Position numbers and translations under genes: made by a program
The notes under the pieces: generated by a model
Databases searched by the model: none
Seen by the model: only the letters and a program-made list of their open reading frames with translations
Told to the model about the DNA's origin: nothing
Assembly: GCA_937880095.1 (NCBI GenBank)
Contig: CALFLK010000025.1
Location: 108,351 to 172,350, forward strand
DNA from: an uncultured Faecalibacterium sp.
GTDB taxonomy: Bacteria; Bacillota; Clostridia; Oscillospirales; Ruminococcaceae
DNA: 64,000 nt
Reading direction: 5' to 3'
Shown: positions 29,984-39,029 of the stretch, piece by piece
Layout: every line of letters begins with the position of its first letter
Numbering within the stretch: the first letter of the stretch is position 1

Positions 29984-31276
29984 TTACTCCTCGATGGTGC
30001 TATGTGCCCAGACATATTCGCGGGCACGGTCCAGCGCCATATCGTGGCGCAGGTGCTTAACAAAAGGCTGTGCCTTGTATTCTTCCACCGTTTTCTTTAC
30101 CTTTTCTGCGCGCGCTGCAATCTCAGCGTCCATCTCGGCATCGGTGGGTACCAGACCCTTTTCCTGTGCCAGCAGCTCCAGCGCAAAGCTGGTACGCATT
30201 TCCAGCGCACCACGCTGACGCAGATGTGCGTCAAACTCTTCCTTGGTGCGGCGGGTACGCTGCAAGAACTGACCCAATGTAGTGCGCATCATCTGCAGCT
30301 GGATTTGGAACTGGTTCATCTTCTTCTGATAAGCTTCTTCCAGCAGCGGGGTGGGCAGCTCACCTTCGCAAGCCTGACCCAGCTGATCCAGCAGCTGGCC
30401 GCGTGCAATGTTCATTGCATTGCTGCGGCGGCCTTCTTCCATCTTAGCGCGAACCTGTGCGCGGTATTCTTCCATGGTATCCACGCCGCCGACCTTCTTG
30501 GCAAAGTCTGCGTTCAGTGCGGGGATCTGGCGCACATTTACGCTGTGCAGCACAATGTGGAACACAGCTTCCTTGCCAGCCAGCTCACGCGCCTGATAAT
30601 TGGCAGGGAAGGTGACAGTGATGTCGAACTCCTCACCTGCGCTGTGACCCAGAATGCCTTCTTCAAAGCCGGGAATCATACGACCTGCACCCAGCGGGAT
30701 CTGCGCATTCTTTGCGCTGCCACCCTGGAATGCTTCGCCATTCAGGTAGCCGGTATAATCTGCAATCGCAATATTGCCCTTGACTGCCGGACCCTTGTGG
30801 GGAACCAGATCTACATTTGCGCTGCGGGTGCGCTCGATCTGCTGGTCCACATCTTTTTCTGCTACGGGGATGGGCTCGCACTTTGCAGTAAATCCTTCGG
30901 TGCGGGTCAGGGTCAGTTCGGGGCGCAGGGCAGCGGTAGCGCAAGCGACAAAGCCATCTTCTTTATTGACGCTGATCAGATCGTAGGCGGGCTCGGTAAC
31001 AAAATCAAACTTGTTCTTCTCCACCTCTGCATCAATCAGGGGCTGAACCTGTGCGTCCATCACGTCATTGATGGCATCATACCAGAAGACGTGCTCGCCC
31101 TTTTCTGCTTCAATGGCGGCACGGTCTGCTTCGCCCTTTTCAAAGCCCTGGACAGTGTAATCTCCACGGGTGCGCTCGTAGACAGCCTGTGCTGCATTTT
31201 CCAGCTCTGCTGCATCCGCAGTAAAGGTCATTTTGACCACATATTTTTCCGGGTATTCCAGTTTTTCCAGTTTCAT
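29984..31276 (-). CDS. tig: trigger factor (ribosome-associated chaperone with FKBP-type PPIase domain)
   Basis: Has the three-domain trigger-factor layout with a central FKBP segment (GAGRMIPGFEEGILG). The start at 31276 has a GGAGG RBS; the longer ORF-track N-terminus lacks one. Confidence 0.9.
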   Translation of the reverse strand: MKLEKLEYPEKYVVKMTFTADAAELENAAQAVYERTRGDYTVQGFEKGEADRAAIEAEKGEHVFWYDAINDVMDAQVQPLIDAEVEKNKFDFVTEPAYDLISVNKEDGFVACATAALRPELTLTRTEGFTAKCEPIPVAEKDVDQQIERTRSANVDLVPHKGPAVKGNIAIADYTGYLNGEAFQGGSAKNAQIPLGAGRMIPGFEEGILGHSAGEEFDITVTFPANYQARELAGKEAVFHIVLHSVNVRQIPALNADFAKKVGGVDTMEEYRAQVRAKMEEGRRSNAMNIARGQLLDQLGQACEGELPTPLLEEAYQKKMNQFQIQLQMMRTTLGQFLQRTRRTKEEFDAHLRQRGALEMRTSFALELLAQEKGLVPTDAEMDAEIAARAEKVKKTVEEYKAQPFVKHLRHDMALDRAREYVWAHSTIEE

Positions 31277-31501
31277 GGATGACGTCCTCCGTAAACCTGC
31301 CTGAGGCAGGTATTTTTGCTTTTTTTGTTGTGTGCCATAGCACACAGAAAGAATCACCCAAAAGGCGATTTTTCTGAATATTTCAAAGCATATTATAGTT
31401 ATTATAGCACAATCCAAAAAAAAGCGGTATAATAAATCAAAAGAATTGCCTTATATACAGGCATTTTTGCATTTTATCGACCATTCGCCAAGGAGGACAG
31501 A

Positions 31502-32170
31502 ATGCGCTTATTTGATGTTTTGGGTCCGGTTATGATCGGTCCTTCCTCCAGCCATACGGCGGGCGCTGCCCGCATCGGCTATACAGCCCGCAAGCTGCTG
31601 GGGGAAACCCCTGTACGGGCTGAGGTTTATCTGCATGGCAGCTTTGCAACGACCGGTCGCGGGCACGGAACAGACCGCGCCATCATTGCCGGTTTGCTAG
31701 GAATGCGCCCAGACGATGCCCGCCTGCCTGACAGCTTTTCTTTGGCACGGGAGGCAGGTCTGGAATTTTCCATCCATACCATCGAGCTGCGGGATGCCTA
31801 CCCCAACACCGCCCAATTACGGCTGTGGGGCAGTGACGGTCGCCGGCTGGAGCTGCAGGCAGCTTCGATTGGCGGCGGACGCATCCGTGTCACCCATATC
31901 GACGGTGTTCCGGTAGATTTTGGCGGAGATACCAACACCATGATTATTCACAACACCGACACCCCCGGCTATGTGGCGGAGGTCAGTACCGCTGTGTCCA
32001 ATCAGGGGATCAACATTGCATCCATGCAGCTGTTCCGCGCAAGCCCCGGTGGTTATGCGGTTATGGTGCTGGAATGTGACCATCCGATTCCTGCCGAGCT
32101 GACTGAATCGCTGCGGCAGGTACCCGGTATTTTGAAAGTGACCAGCCTGAATGTAGGGGAGGACCGCTGA
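31502..32170 (+). CDS. sdaAB: L-serine dehydratase, iron-sulfur-dependent, beta subunit
   Basis: The N-terminus reads FDVLGPVMIGPSSSHTAGA, and a C-terminal ACT-like domain is present. The gene is translationally coupled to the alpha subunit gene. Confidence 0.9.
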   Translation: MRLFDVLGPVMIGPSSSHTAGAARIGYTARKLLGETPVRAEVYLHGSFATTGRGHGTDRAIIAGLLGMRPDDARLPDSFSLAREAGLEFSIHTIELRDAYPNTAQLRLWGSDGRRLELQAASIGGGRIRVTHIDGVPVDFGGDTNTMIIHNTDTPGYVAEVSTAVSNQGINIASMQLFRASPGGYAVMVLECDHPIPAELTESLRQVPGILKVTSLNVGEDR

Positions 32171-33042
32171 TGAGCTTTGTATCTGTATCCGAAATGCTGG
32201 CGGCCGTTTCGTCGGGTCGCGATCTGGCTCACACCATCATGGCAAGTGATTTGGCGGAAAGCCGCATCACGGAGGAAGAATCTCAGGCACAGATGCGCCA
32301 TCTGTGGCAGGTCATGCAGGCAACCAGCTTGCAGTATGACCCGGCACGCCGCAGCGCCAGCGGTCTGATCGGTGGCGACGGCGGAAAGCTGCTGGACGCT
32401 GCCGCACAGAACAGTCTGTTCGGCGGTGAATACCTGAATCATGTCATTGCCGAAGCCTTGAAAACCGCAGAATGCAACGCCTGTATGCAGCGCATCGTTG
32501 CTGCCCCTACAGCTGGCAGCTGCGGTGTTCTGCCCGCTGTGCTGCTGCCCTTGCGGGACTGCGGCTATACTGAACAGCAGTTCTGTGATGCTTTATATGT
32601 AGCAGCTGGTTTTGGTCAGGTAATTGCTGCACGCGCTACTCTGGCTGGTGCTGAGGGCGGCTGTCAGGCTGAAGTCGGCGCTGCCAGTGCAATGGCAGCT
32701 GCTGCGCTGGTTCAGCTGGGCGGTGGTACGCCCGATCAGTGCAGCCATGCCGCAGCTATGGCGCTCTCCGGGCTTCTGGGTCTGGTTTGTGACCCGGTAG
32801 CGGGTCTGGTGGAAATCCCGTGCGTAAAACGCAATGTGACTGGCGCTGTGAACGCCGTTGCTTGTGCCAACATGGCACTGGCTGGTATTCCCTTCCAGAT
32901 TCCCTGCGACGAAGTGATTGACGCTATGGGACGCATCGGCAATCAGATGTCCTCTGATTTGAAAGAAACCGCTCAGGGTGGTCTGGCACAGACCCCCACC
33001 GGAAAAGCCATTGCCGAACAGATGGCTGGACAGGAACTGTAA
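32170..33042 (+). CDS. sdaAA: L-serine dehydratase, iron-sulfur-dependent, alpha subunit
   Basis: Has conserved Cys-containing segments (APTAGSCGVLP, CQAEVG, IPCVKRN). The start overlaps the sdaAB stop. Confidence 0.9.
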   Translation: MSFVSVSEMLAAVSSGRDLAHTIMASDLAESRITEEESQAQMRHLWQVMQATSLQYDPARRSASGLIGGDGGKLLDAAAQNSLFGGEYLNHVIAEALKTAECNACMQRIVAAPTAGSCGVLPAVLLPLRDCGYTEQQFCDALYVAAGFGQVIAARATLAGAEGGCQAEVGAASAMAAAALVQLGGGTPDQCSHAAAMALSGLLGLVCDPVAGLVEIPCVKRNVTGAVNAVACANMALAGIPFQIPCDEVIDAMGRIGNQMSSDLKETAQGGLAQTPTGKAIAEQMAGQEL

Positions 33043-33100
33043 AAAAAACAAATCCCTCCGCCTTGTGGTTTTATACCGCAGACGGGGGGATTTTTCATGC

Positions 33101-33137
33101 AAAAACGGCGTCCGCAACAGACGGACGCCGCTTTTTT
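33101..33137. terminator. bidirectional intrinsic terminator
   Basis: Stem CGGCGTCCG/CGGACGCCG is flanked by A5 and T6. Confidence 0.8.
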
Positions 33138-33161
33138 ATATGCTCAAGTTATTTCAGGAAA

Positions 33162-34811
33162 TCAGATTTCAGAGGTTTCACGTTTCTTGACAAATGCGCG
33201 AATCACCAGCAGCGTACCAACCATCAATGCGATGGACAGGGGCAGCATAATAAACACATTGCGTACCATGCCGGCAATCAGGTAACAGACAAAGCTAACT
33301 GCGGCTACTGTCAACGCATACGGCAGCTGGGTGGATACATGGTTCAGGTGGTCACACTGAGCACCTGCGGAAGCCATGATGGTGGTATCCGAAATGGGAG
33401 AGCAGTGGTCACCAGCCACAGCACCAGCCATGCAGGCAGAAATGGCAATGATCATCATTTCATTGTTCATATCATACTGGAATGCATAGGTAACAATGGG
33501 AATCAGGATACCGAAGGTGCCCCAGGAAGTACCGGTAGAGAATGCCAGGAACACCGCAATCACAAAGACGATTGCGGGCAGCAGATTCAGCACTGCACCT
33601 GCGCTGGACTGTACCAGTGCGCCAACGAACTCGCGTGCGCCCAGAGAATCGGTCATAGCCTTCAGCGTCCATGCCAAAGTCAGAATCATAATAGCGGGAA
33701 CCATGCTCTTAAAGCCTTCGGGCAGGCTCTCCATGCACTCGCGGAAATTCAGAATGCCGCGGCACATATAGTACACAACCGTGAACAGGAATGCAACGGC
33801 AGAGCCGTAAACCAGACCTTCGGATGCAACCGAGTTTGCAAAGGCATCCACGAAATTCACGCCAGAGAAGAAACCGCCGGTGTACAGCATACCCATAACA
33901 CAGCAGACAATCAGCACTGCAATGGGAATCAGCAGATCGCGCACGCGACCCTTCGGGTTGGGCTGTTCGCCTTCGGCACTGCCGTCGGGATGCTTTCCGC
34001 TGGTGTAAAGGTCACCATTCAGGCGTGCATTTGCTTCGTGCAGTGCCATGGGACCGTAATCGAACTTGCCAGCAGCCAGCGTAATCAGCATGACCAGCGT
34101 CAGGAATGCGTAGAAGTTATAGGGGATTGCGCGAATGAACAGCTCCAAGCCGTTGACACCTTCCACAAAACCCGTAACCGCAGCAGCCCAAGAAGAAATC
34201 GGGGCGATGATGCAGATGGGAGCCGCCGTAGCATCAATGATGTATGCCAGCTTTGCACGGCTGACTCTGTGACCATCGGTGACGGGACGCATCACGCTGC
34301 CAACTGTCAGGCAGTTGAAGTAGTCGTCGATGAAAATCATCACGCCCAGTGCCACAGTAGCGAGCTGTGCGCCCACACGGCTCTTGATGTGACCTTCTGC
34401 CCAGCGACCGAACGCAGCCGAACCGCCGGCTTTGTTCATCAGGTAAACCATCGAGCCCAGCAGAACCAGGAACAGCAGGATGCCTGCGTTACCTGCATTT
34501 GCCAGCGAGGACTCTACCATGCCCCAAGTAAACACATGCTCCATGGTCATGCTGAAATTGAAGTTAGCATACAAAAGACCGCCTACCAGAATACCCACAA
34601 ACAGGGAAGAGTAGACCTCTTTCGTGATCAGTGCCAAACCGATTGCAACAACCGGGGGCAGCAGCGACCATGCGGTGCAGAAAAAGGGGCTGACATACTC
34701 TGCCGCTGCGGGTTCGCCCTCTGCAAACGCACATACGGTCAAAGCAGCCACTGCCAGCAGCACGCCCAGAGCGATGCGGCCGATTTGTCTCGAACGACTG
34801 TGATTTTCCAT
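33162..34811 (-). CDS. NhaC-family Na+/H+ antiporter-type transporter (candidate lysine-related transporter)
   Basis: A multi-TM NhaC-like protein. The start at 34811 has a GGAGGAAATC RBS. It is preceded by a lysine riboswitch. Confidence 0.85.
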   Translation of the reverse strand: MENHSRSRQIGRIALGVLLAVAALTVCAFAEGEPAAAEYVSPFFCTAWSLLPPVVAIGLALITKEVYSSLFVGILVGGLLYANFNFSMTMEHVFTWGMVESSLANAGNAGILLFLVLLGSMVYLMNKAGGSAAFGRWAEGHIKSRVGAQLATVALGVMIFIDDYFNCLTVGSVMRPVTDGHRVSRAKLAYIIDATAAPICIIAPISSWAAAVTGFVEGVNGLELFIRAIPYNFYAFLTLVMLITLAAGKFDYGPMALHEANARLNGDLYTSGKHPDGSAEGEQPNPKGRVRDLLIPIAVLIVCCVMGMLYTGGFFSGVNFVDAFANSVASEGLVYGSAVAFLFTVVYYMCRGILNFRECMESLPEGFKSMVPAIMILTLAWTLKAMTDSLGAREFVGALVQSSAGAVLNLLPAIVFVIAVFLAFSTGTSWGTFGILIPIVTYAFQYDMNNEMMIIAISACMAGAVAGDHCSPISDTTIMASAGAQCDHLNHVSTQLPYALTVAAVSFVCYLIAGMVRNVFIMLPLSIALMVGTLLVIRAFVKKRETSEI

Positions 34812-34898
34812 GATTTCCTCCTTGCTGTCGATGTGTGCCAGCACACCGACAACGATCTCCATTTTTTCCTACTTTACGTTTCGTCCCGGAAAAACACA

Positions 34899-35146
34899 CA
34901 AAAAAACGGGAGCCATGGCGCGTTACCATGACTCCCGGAATTTACTCTGTTACAAGTACACGTTCCTAAGACCACGACAGCGCTCCACAGGTCGCAAAAC
35001 CCGTGACAGACCAGAGGATATTATCCCAAGATCCGGCTATTTTCTGTCAGGCAACAGAAAATGCCTCGGCGACGGCCCCTTTCGCTCCCCCCGGCTGCCT
35101 GCCTTAACTTGGGAAAGCTACTCTTGACGCGTCGCGCCTCTATCAT
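34899..35146 (-). promoter_or_regulatory. lysine riboswitch (L-box): aptamer about 34975-35146, terminator/expression platform 34899-34939
   Basis: The minus strand carries the L-box hallmarks in order: AGAGGCGC, CAAGAGTA, GAAAGGGG, GTCGCCGAGG, CTGGTCTGTCAC and GTGGAGCGCTG. These are followed by the hairpin CGGGAGTCATGG/CCATGGCTCCCG and T7. Confidence 0.85.
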
Positions 35147-35170
35147 GTAATTTTCGATTGGACAAGTCTG

Positions 35171-35198
35171 ATTATAACCACTTCTCCGAGAATGTCAA
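35171..35198 (-). promoter_or_regulatory. consensus sigma-70 promoter driving the lysine riboswitch
   Basis: On the minus strand: TTGACA, 16 nt, TATAAT, about 20 nt upstream of the aptamer. Confidence 0.7.
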
Positions 35199-35230
35199 CC
35201 GCATTTGATAAATTTTCTGCTTTTTCTTTT

Positions 35231-35274
35231 GCAGGCAAAGATTCTATATTTTGCAGGCAAAGATTCTATATTTT
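35231..35274. repeat. perfect tandem duplication (2 x 22 bp: GCAGGCAAAGATTCTATATTTT)
   Basis: Read directly from the sequence: copies at 35231-35252 and 35253-35274. Confidence 0.95.
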
Positions 35275-35430
35275 TTGCTTTTCTGCGTGATTTTTCAGGA
35301 TCTCCGTTTGCACGCAGCCTTTTTTAAGGGCTGTCACAAAAAATTTTTTTCAATATTTTCCAGCAGAACAAAACAGCTGATCGAACACTGGAATCTGCGT
35401 TTTTCTTTTCTCGAAAAAGGTTTCGGATAA

Positions 35431-35463
35431 AACAAAAAAGACACATCTTTCGATGTGTCTTTT
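35431..35463 (-). terminator. intrinsic terminator after tRNA-Arg
   Basis: Stem AGACACATC/GATGTGTCT is followed by T6 on the minus strand. Confidence 0.8.
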
Positions 35464-35540
35464 TGGTGCGATGGGAGGGACTCGAACCCCCGACCTACTG
35501 GTTCGTAGCCAGTCACTCTATCCAGCTGAGCTACCAACGC
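35464..35540 (-). tRNA. tRNA-Arg (anticodon ACG), CCA encoded
   Basis: A manual cloverleaf fits. The D-arm is GCTC-AGCTGGATA-GAGT. The anticodon stem ACTGG/CCAGT carries the loop CTACGAA. The T-arm is GGGGG-TTCGAGT-CCCTC. There is one T-T mismatch in the acceptor stem. Confidence 0.85.
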
Positions 35541-35565
35541 AAACCGCTTCGCTTGAAGCTCCATT

Positions 35566-35594
35566 ATAATACCAAACCCGGAAGGCGTTGTCAA
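35566..35594 (-). promoter_or_regulatory. sigma-70-type promoter for tRNA-Arg
   Basis: On the minus strand: TTGACA, 17 nt, TATTAT, about 25 nt upstream of the tRNA 5' end. Confidence 0.6.
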
Positions 35595-35804
35595 GCCTTT
35601 TTCAAAAGTTTTTTTATTTTTTCTGAAAATTCCGCTTTTATGGAAATCTTACAAAAACGGACCGCGCTCTTTTTGCGTTCTGCCAGCATTTCACGCGCAC
35701 ACGATCACATCTGTTTTTTCTGCGCTGGCAGGTCTTTTTTACAAGTTGTGTGATTCCTTTTCATTCCCAGAACCATGCGGTATCTGTTTTCCACTCCGGC
35801 ATTA

Positions 35805-35853
35805 CTGAAAATATAAAATCGGCGGTAACGCACTTTGCATTACCGCCGATTTT
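35805..35853 (-). terminator. intrinsic terminator of galE
   Basis: A 14-bp stem AAAATCGGCGGTAA/TTACCGCCGATTTT has a T-rich tail on the minus strand. Confidence 0.8.
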
Positions 35854-35933
35854 ACCGCAATTTTTGTACACCTGCCGGGTGTACGGATTCTATACACTCA
35901 CATCAAACCGCTGGATGTTCCGCCTTGGCGCAA

Positions 35934-36959
35934 TTAGCCCTGGGTCTTGTAGCCGTCGGGGTTCTTGCTCTGCCAGTTCCAGCTGTCACGGCACATTTCT
36001 TCAATGCCGTACTGTGCCTTCCAGCCCAGCTCACGCTCTGCCTTGGTGGGATCTGCCCAGCACTCAGCGATGTCGCCGGGACGGCGAGGATCGATCTGGT
36101 AGGGAATCTCGTGACCGCAAGCCTTCTCGAAGGCATGGATCACCTGCAGCACGCTGTAGCCGTTGCCGGTACCCAGGTTGCAGATGAACAGACCGCACTT
36201 GGTCTCCAGTTTGCGGATTGCGCAAACATGGCCTGCTGCCAGGTCAACAACGTGGATGTAGTCACGGATGCCAGTGCCGTCGGGCGTGGGATAGTCGTCG
36301 CCAAAGACATGAACCTTCTCCAGCTTGCCTGCAGCAACCTTAGCAATGTAAGGAACCAGGTTGTTGGGGATGCCGTTGGGATCTTCGCCGATCAGGCCGC
36401 TTGCGTGTGCGCCGATTGGGTTGAAGTAACGCAGGATTGCCACGTTCATCTCAGGATCTGCCTTGCAGACGTCCTGCAGGATACGCTCGGTGAAAGCCTT
36501 GGTTGCACCGTAGGGGTTGGTGGTCTCACGCAGGGGAGAATCCTCGGTCAGAGGCACCTTTTCGGGATCGCCGTACACGGTTGCAGAAGAGCTGAACACA
36601 AAGTTCTTCACGTTGTAATCACGCATGACGTCCAGAATGTTCAGGGTGCAGTTGAAGTTGTTGCTGTAGTACTCGATGGGCTTCTGGCAGCTTTCGCCAA
36701 CAGCCTTGTAAGCAGCAAACTGGATAACTGCATCAATGTCGGGGCACTGTGCAAAAACCTTCTGCACATCTTCCTTCTTGGACATATCAGCTTCGATGAA
36801 GCGGAAGTCCTTGCCGGAAATCTGGCGCACGCGCTCCAGCGCCAGAGGGCAGGAGTTGTAGTAGTTGTCTGCTACGATAATGTCGTAACCTGCTGCCAGC
36901 AGCTCTACGCAAGTATGGCTGCCAATGTAACCAGCACCGCCAGAGACCAAAATTGCCAT
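35934..36959 (-). CDS. galE: UDP-glucose 4-epimerase
   Basis: The N-terminus MAILVSGGAGYIGSH is a Rossmann GxxGxxG motif. A YxxxK catalytic motif is present, and the length and layout match GalE. Confidence 0.9.
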   Translation of the reverse strand: MAILVSGGAGYIGSHTCVELLAAGYDIIVADNYYNSCPLALERVRQISGKDFRFIEADMSKKEDVQKVFAQCPDIDAVIQFAAYKAVGESCQKPIEYYSNNFNCTLNILDVMRDYNVKNFVFSSSATVYGDPEKVPLTEDSPLRETTNPYGATKAFTERILQDVCKADPEMNVAILRYFNPIGAHASGLIGEDPNGIPNNLVPYIAKVAAGKLEKVHVFGDDYPTPDGTGIRDYIHVVDLAAGHVCAIRKLETKCGLFICNLGTGNGYSVLQVIHAFEKACGHEIPYQIDPRRPGDIAECWADPTKAERELGWKAQYGIEEMCRDSWNWQSKNPDGYKTQG

Positions 36960-37143
36960 AATGAAACACTCCTTTTACCTGTTTGAGAAATCGTTCTTTT
37001 GTATTTTCAGCATAACGCTGTCATCCAATAAAATCAAGAGGAAACATGTATACACAGTATATCCTTTTGTTGCGTACTTTTCCCAAAAGAGCTTTTTTAT
37101 CGGGAAATCAAACAGTTTTACGATGGATATTTGTGCGGAAAGG

Positions 37144-37182
37144 CAAAAGCAAAAGCTCCCCCTGCATACAGCCGGAGGAGCC
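37144..37182 (-). terminator. intrinsic terminator of the mutarotase gene
   Basis: A GC-rich imperfect hairpin GCTCCTCC...GGGGGAGC is followed by TTTTGCTTTTG on the minus strand. Confidence 0.65.
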
Positions 37183-37202
37183 TTGGTTTTTTCTGATGTG
37201 TT

Positions 37203-38261
37203 TTACAGCTTTCCGCACTGTTTACCGGTAAAGAACCGCAGCGTAGTGGTTGCACGGAATACCTTGCCTGCGTGCAGCACTGTGCTGGGGAAGTTGGGGA
37301 AACTGGGCGAGCAGGGATAGTGCTGGGTTTCCAGCGCAAAGCCGGAATATTTCTGTGCCTTTGCGCCACCCTTCAGCGGCGTTTTTACATCGCCGTAGAA
37401 GTTGGCGGTATACAGCTGCACACCCGGCTGTGTGGTATACACTTTCATACTGATGCCCGTCTTTTCACTAAATGCCCATGCGCAAATGCTCTGGGATGCG
37501 CCACGGGGGCGGTCAATCACAAAGCAATGGTCGTATCCATCACCTACCAGATCCATCTGGGGGTATCCGCTGCCGAAATCCTGACCGATATACTTACCGG
37601 CAGTGAAATCCATCGGCGTACCCTTGACCGGCAAAATACGTCCGGTGGGGCAGGTCTGCTCGTTACCCTCCAGATACTGAGAGCAATACAAGCGCAGCTT
37701 CTGCTTTTCAATGGTGCCTTCGCCGTCCAGATTGAAATAGCTGTGGTTGGTCAAGTTGACCAGCGTATCCGCATCACTGGACGCCCGATACTCCATCCGG
37801 AACGCATTATCCGGCGTCAGCGTGTAGCGCACCGAAATCTTCATATTCCCGGGGAAACCATCCTCGCCATCGGGGCTGTCTGCTTCCAGCAGCAGCGAAT
37901 CGCCAAATACTTTTACCCGGAACATCTTTCGGGAAAAACAGCCATGCAAATGATTGGGTCCATTGTTGGCTTCCAGCTGGTAAGTTTTGCCCTCTAGGGT
38001 AAACTGTGCATCCTGAATGCGGTTTGCGTAGCGCCCCACAAAGCTGCCGGTAAACGCATCTTCGTTTTCATAATCAGCCAGGGTATCATGGCCCAGCACC
38101 ACATCCACCATACCGGTCTTTGCTGGCACAACGATCGAGCGGATGATACAACCATAATCCAGAACCGACACAGCCAAGCCGTTCGGGTTTGCAAGCGTAT
38201 ATTCTGTTACCGAGGCGCCATCCTGATTGACACCGAAAGGCCGGGAAGTGATCTTTGCCAT
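37203..38261 (-). CDS. galM: aldose 1-epimerase (galactose mutarotase)
   Basis: Mutarotase-like motifs are present (NGPNHLHG, TNHSYFNL, ALETQ). The start at 38261 has a GGAGG RBS. Confidence 0.85.
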   Translation of the reverse strand: MAKITSRPFGVNQDGASVTEYTLANPNGLAVSVLDYGCIIRSIVVPAKTGMVDVVLGHDTLADYENEDAFTGSFVGRYANRIQDAQFTLEGKTYQLEANNGPNHLHGCFSRKMFRVKVFGDSLLLEADSPDGEDGFPGNMKISVRYTLTPDNAFRMEYRASSDADTLVNLTNHSYFNLDGEGTIEKQKLRLYCSQYLEGNEQTCPTGRILPVKGTPMDFTAGKYIGQDFGSGYPQMDLVGDGYDHCFVIDRPRGASQSICAWAFSEKTGISMKVYTTQPGVQLYTANFYGDVKTPLKGGAKAQKYSGFALETQHYPCSPSFPNFPSTVLHAGKVFRATTTLRFFTGKQCGKL

Positions 38262-38423
38262 AATGTAAGCCTCCTGTCCAAAGGAAATACTATAAATCAG
38301 CATTCCCCATATTGTTATCATTGTATCACAAAATTATGTAATTTCCAACGAATACTCATGGTCATTCAGCACAAATTTCCGTCCATTTTTTGTAGACATG
38401 GCACCGTCTTTCTGCTGCCGGAT

Positions 38424-39029
38424 TTACAGCGTCACGCCAAGCCCGCGGCTGAGCAGCTGTACCGCATCCTGCCGCAGGGTTTCTGCATAGATTTTTCCAT
38501 TGCGGCGCAGCCCGGCTGCAAAACCAGCCTCGACAGAAATGATACAAAAATCAAAGTAATCCTTGGGGGTGTGCGGGTCCATACCAGCCTGTACCGCGCG
38601 CTGATATGCGCAGTTCAGCAGCGCATCCAGCGCTTGCGCAAAGTGGGTATCGGGACCTAAAAGCTCCTGATCCCTCGCGTTCGGCTCACCATGCTGCAAC
38701 ACCCGCATGACCAGCTCATACACGACAAAGCGGTGCCCCACCAAGTCCTGAATATAATCCATGACCCGCCGGGTCAGCGCGGTAAAATCTTCTGCTTCTT
38801 CTACGCAGGCAGTCAGGCGATTTACCTCTTGACTCAGGCAGTAAGACAGCGTTCCCTTCAGGATTTCTTCTTTGGAAGAAAAGTATTCATACAGGGTTCC
38901 TTTGCCCATACCGGCAGCATCCGCAATCTGCTGCACACGCATTCCATGCAGGTCTGCGCCCTGATTCGCCAAAGTCAGGACTGCACGGTACACCTGCTGC
39001 GCCTCGGGGCTTTGCATTTTATCCGTCAT
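38424..39029 (-). CDS. TetR/AcrR family transcriptional regulator
   Basis: Has the HTH segment MRVQQIADAAGMGKGTLYEYF. The start overlaps the stop of the upstream RND gene (ATGA). Confidence 0.85.
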   Translation of the reverse strand: MTDKMQSPEAQQVYRAVLTLANQGADLHGMRVQQIADAAGMGKGTLYEYFSSKEEILKGTLSYCLSQEVNRLTACVEEAEDFTALTRRVMDYIQDLVGHRFVVYELVMRVLQHGEPNARDQELLGPDTHFAQALDALLNCAYQRAVQAGMDPHTPKDYFDFCIISVEAGFAAGLRRNGKIYAETLRQDAVQLLSRGLGVTL

